Assembly (NCBI GenBank): GCA_016714125.1
Contig: JADJNX010000006.1
Span: 111,681 to 175,680, forward strand
DNA length: 64,000 nt
Source: Ignavibacteriales bacterium
Lineage (GTDB): Bacteria; Bacteroidota; Ignavibacteria; Ignavibacteriales; Ignavibacteriaceae
Reading direction: 5' to 3'
The position numbers and the translations under genes were made by a program. The notes beneath the pieces are model-generated. The model was given only the letters and a program-made list of their open reading frames with translations. It ran no database searches and was not told where the DNA came from. Below, in pieces: positions 60,795 through 64,000 of this stretch; positions within the stretch are counted from its first letter, which is position 1, and each line of letters opens with the position of its first letter.

Positions 60795-60919
60795 AAAATT
60801 ATCTGCCGGTGATGAGACAACCCCGGAAGAAGATGCGAATTAAGCTAATATAAAAGGTTGCTCAAGGACGGGTAATATCATTCCGGATTACAAACCTGGC
60901 CCAAAAGGGCATCACCGGG

Positions 60920-61879
60920 TTACAAAATACCTTTGATATAACTAAAAATATTCGTCGCATGAAATCGTGAATTTTCGATAAACCATTTTCGGGTTTCCTG
61001 ACCACAACAGACCACGCCGGCGAGGAATATGCCCGGGATATTGGTTTGAAATGTTGTGTTATCGTATTGTGGTTCCATGGTTACGGGATCAATTGTAGCG
61101 ATTCCAATCCTGGTGAGGAAATCATAATCGGGGCGATAACCGGTCATTGCCAATACAAAATCATTTTTGATAGTTATTGTGCCTTCCGGCGATGAAATCA
61201 GGACACTATCTGCCTTAATTTCAGACACAGTGGAATTAAAATATGCTTTAATGCTGCCGTCTGTAATTCGATTTTCAATATCTGGTCTTACCCAGTATTT
61301 TACACCTTTATCGATGGTATCATGTTTTATAACCATCGTTACCCTCGCTCCTTTTCTGAAAGTTTCCAACGCTACATCCACCGCCGAATTTCCTCCTCCA
61401 ATCACAACAATATCCATATTTGCGTAGAGGTGTGGATCATCATAATAGTGTTTAACTTTTGATAGTTCCTCCCCGGTGATGTTCATCAGGTTTGGGAAAT
61501 CAAAGAATCCTGTCGAAACTATGACAATTTTTGCATTGTAAACATTTTTATCGGTGAGGATTGTGAAATCACCTTTTGAACCCGAGACATTTTCAACTTT
61601 TTCATACAAATTAATATCAAGTTGCCACGAATCCGCCACTCTGCGGTAATATTCAAGTGCTTCACTTCTGGTTGGTTTGGTTCCATGTGAAATGAAGGGG
61701 ACCTCTCCAATTTCAAGTCTCTCGGAAGTGGAGAAAAAAGTCATGTTAACGGGATAGTTAAAAATTGAATTAACCAGACACCCTTTTTCGATGACTTTGT
61801 AAGAGAGGTTGTTCCGTTTTGCTTCGATGGCACAAGCGAGTCCGATGGGACCTGCACCGATAATAATTATATCATATTG
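60920..61879 (-). CDS. ypdA: YpdA-family FAD/NAD(P)-dependent disulfide reductase (thioredoxin-reductase-like)
   Basis: YDIIIIGAGPIGLACA and VVIGGGNSAVD dinucleotide motifs, plus FFSTSERLEIG. The start was chosen at MQYDIIIIG; the ORF track begins at 61933. Confidence 0.7.
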   Translation of the reverse strand, partial: QYDIIIIGAGPIGLACAIEAKRNNLSYKVIEKGCLVNSIFNYPVNMTFFSTSERLEIGEVPFISHGTKPTRSEALEYYRRVADSWQLDINLYEKVENVSGSKGDFTILTDKNVYNAKIVIVSTGFFDFPNLMNITGEELSKVKHYYDDPHLYANMDIVVIGGGNSAVDVALETFRKGARVTMVIKHDTIDKGVKYWVRPDIENRITDGSIKAYFNSTVSEIKADSVLISSPEGTITIKNDFVLAMTGYRPDYDFLTRIGIATIDPVTMEPQYDNTTFQTNIPGIFLAGVVCCGQETRKWFIENSRFHATNIFSYIKGIL

Positions 61880-61955
61880 CATGGATTGAATAGTTTTTCG
61901 ATTTCTGTTGTTATAGTAATATATAGAATTCAAGAATTTAAATTAGGTAAACTCA

Positions 61956-62339
61956 ATGGAAACAGAAATTAAATATTTCACCCCAAGGGAAGCAGCGAAA
62001 ACTTTGCCACTCGTAAGAAAAATCGTCAGTGATATTCTTATTGAGGGGCAGGAGTTAAAATCTCTTGCACAAATCCAACCCCGAACCGCTGAAATTGAAG
62101 CACAGGTAGAAGTTCTTAAAACCAATATCCTGAATTACATCGAAGAGCTTACAGAAATCGGTTGCTTTTTTAAAGACTGGAACTTTGAATTTGGGCTTGT
62201 CGATTTTCCCTCGGTCATCGAAGGGGAAGAAGTACTGTTATGTTGGAAGAGTGATGAAGATGAAATCAAGTTTTATCATGGTTATAACGATGGCTTTAAA
62301 GGCGGAAGAGAAATCCCGGAAGATAATCTGGAGAGTTAA
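61956..62339 (+). CDS. DUF2203-like protein
   Basis: KYFTPREAAKTLPLV...GLVDFPSVIEGEEVLLCWK pattern. The family name is recalled from memory. Confidence 0.55.
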   Translation: METEIKYFTPREAAKTLPLVRKIVSDILIEGQELKSLAQIQPRTAEIEAQVEVLKTNILNYIEELTEIGCFFKDWNFEFGLVDFPSVIEGEEVLLCWKSDEDEIKFYHGYNDGFKGGREIPEDNLES

Positions 62340-62344
62340 TAACA

Positions 62345-63817
62345 ATGATCTATGACAACATAGTTATTGGAGCGGGATATGGAGGTTTAACAGCCGCAGC
62401 ACTTCTGGCTAAAGCAGGACAAAAAGTTCTATTGTTGGAAGCACACACAGTTCCCGGGGGATGCGCCTCATTCTACAATAGAAAGGGGATATTATTCGAT
62501 TCGGGGGCTACCACTTTAAGTGGAATGGCGGAAGGACAGCCGATGAACAAGCTGTTCAGAGAGCTTGAAATAGAACCAAGGGTAATAAAACTTGATCCCG
62601 GGATGATCATCAAATTTGGTGACAGAGAGCTGGTGAGGCATTCGAATCTTGAACAATGGATTATAGAGTGCGAACGATTTTTTGGACTTAAAGGAATCAG
62701 AGGATTCTGGGAATTGGTTCATTCGATTGACAAAAAAGTTTACAAACTGATCGCAAATAACAAAAGGATTCCCCCGGTTTCAGCAGGTGATTTGTTGAGT
62801 CTGGCAAAACCTTCAAATCTCAAGGGGCTGCCACTTCTGCCATATCTGTTTAAACCCGTTGAATCGGTGTTGAAAAAATTTGGACTTGGGGATGACCCAC
62901 TTTTTCGCAGTTTCATTGATGAACAACTCTTGATAACCACCCAAAATACTGCCGACGATGCACCTTTTTTAACGGCAGCGATGGGGTTGGCTTATCCAGC
63001 ACAGACTTATTATCCCTATGGTGGACTTTTCTTTCCCGCAAAACAGATTGAAAAAAGATTCAGGGAATTTGGAGGGGAAGTAAAATATAAAAAGAAGGTG
63101 ACGGCAATCCGGCAGGAAAAGGGAAGATATAAAATAGTAACTGATGATGGAAGTGAGTATCTTTGTAGCGGAGTAATAACGAATATTCCACTTTGGAATC
63201 TTCCGGCTCTTACAGAGGGTGAATTCAAAGAATATTTTATTAAAGTATCGCCGAAACAAGATGGTGCCTGGGGTGCCTTTATGATTAATTTTGCGATTAA
63301 ACATAACCTGCGGGAAGATCTTAAATCGGTTTATTGGCAGATACATGTTCCTGAGGGAGTGCCGTATTGTGAATCAAAATCTTTTTTTGTTACAATTTCG
63401 CCCGAAGACGACACACAAAAGGCTCCAAAAGGAGTTAAAAGTGTAACAATTTCTTTACACACCAAACCGGAAAACTGGTATGGGTTAACTGAAGAAGAGT
63501 ATTCCCGAAGGAAAAATAAGACGGGGAGTTTTATTGTGCAAAAGTTTGATCAGGCCTTTCCAATGTTGGCAGGGTATGAAAAAAGTCATGTTGAATTTGG
63601 TACTCCGGTTACATTTGAAAAATATACAGGTCGTTTTAGAGGCCTGGTTGGGGGAGTGCCTCATTCAGTAAAAAACAATTTGTTAAAGATGAATTCAGGG
63701 GTAACTCCTTTCAAAAACTTTTACAACACAGGGGATACAGTTTTCCCGGGGCAGGGAACAGTAGCTGTTACAATCGGTGCCTCGAATTTAGTTACACGAA
63801 TCTTAGACAAAAAATAG
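62345..63817 (+). CDS. Phytoene desaturase-family FAD oxidoreductase (CrtI/CrtD-like)
   Basis: YDNIVIGAGYGGLTAAALLAKAGQKVLLLEAH motif and C-terminal GDTVFPGQG. Confidence 0.7.
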   Translation: MIYDNIVIGAGYGGLTAAALLAKAGQKVLLLEAHTVPGGCASFYNRKGILFDSGATTLSGMAEGQPMNKLFRELEIEPRVIKLDPGMIIKFGDRELVRHSNLEQWIIECERFFGLKGIRGFWELVHSIDKKVYKLIANNKRIPPVSAGDLLSLAKPSNLKGLPLLPYLFKPVESVLKKFGLGDDPLFRSFIDEQLLITTQNTADDAPFLTAAMGLAYPAQTYYPYGGLFFPAKQIEKRFREFGGEVKYKKKVTAIRQEKGRYKIVTDDGSEYLCSGVITNIPLWNLPALTEGEFKEYFIKVSPKQDGAWGAFMINFAIKHNLREDLKSVYWQIHVPEGVPYCESKSFFVTISPEDDTQKAPKGVKSVTISLHTKPENWYGLTEEEYSRRKNKTGSFIVQKFDQAFPMLAGYEKSHVEFGTPVTFEKYTGRFRGLVGGVPHSVKNNLLKMNSGVTPFKNFYNTGDTVFPGQGTVAVTIGASNLVTRILDKK

Positions 63818-63876
63818 ACAAGCGTACTAATTCAAAAAATATTGAACTTAACTTTAAAGTGTTTGGTTTTACTATT

Positions 63877-64000
63877 ATGAAACACAAAGCAGATAGAATA
63901 GACAAGAAAAAAGTAGTAATTATCGGTTCCGGATTAGGCGGGCTGTCGGCGGCTCTGAGGCTCTCCTCGAAGGGTCATAAGGTCACGATATTAGAAAAAT
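63877..64000 (+). CDS. 5' part of a second phytoene desaturase-family gene; runs off the window end
   Basis: MKHKADRIDKKKVVIIGSGLGGLSAALRLSSKGHKVTILEK Rossmann motif. Confidence 0.55.
   Translation, partial: MKHKADRIDKKKVVIIGSGLGGLSAALRLSSKGHKVTILEK

Overview
AT-rich bacterial chromosome segment. The gene content points to an FCB-group organism, probably Ignavibacteria (Melioribacter-like). This placement is an inference from many secreted proteins ending in NYPNPFNPST-type T9SS C-terminal domains, a PorV-like barrel and sigma-54 regulation. Content by region: (i) 0.3-5.7 kb holds a LuxR-type two-component pair, lhgO and a PpiD/SurA-like chaperone. (ii) 5.7-34.6 kb is a large beta-1,3-glucan (laminarin-type) utilisation locus. 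It encodes GH5 x2, GH16, GH3, GH81, GH128, MFS and SSS sugar transporters, a TonB-dependent receptor, a ~1040-aa acidic-repeat protein and a PorV-like barrel. It also encodes a membrane-anchored binding protein, a histidine kinase and a sigma-54 activator, and has no SusD. (iii) 34.6-47 kb is a mixed accessory stretch with YceI, pirin, Crp, PLP desulfhydrase, a serine hydrolase, DUF4395, a Fic 'mobile mystery protein A/B' pair, outer-membrane barrels and GDPD. (iv) 47-64 kb holds CIA30, tRNA-Asn, a CarH/LitR-type B12 photoreceptor regulator, priA, lysA, class II photolyase, an RNA ligase, aspS, rmuC, ypdA and carotenoid desaturases. Three sequence-level observations stand out. First, a modular interspersed repeat family sits at five intergenic loci, with hairpins that covary between copies. 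Second, the tRNA-Asn gene is flanked by tandem tRNA-derived copies whose D/T arms are replaced by a TCCCGA-N4-TCGGGA palindrome. That palindrome shares a CGTCCCGATT core with the interspersed family. Third, about twenty reading-frame breaks occur, mostly at homopolymers, plus two in-frame nonsense codons in aspS and priA. These look like assembly errors rather than gene decay. All family calls come from motif recognition by eye; no searches were run.
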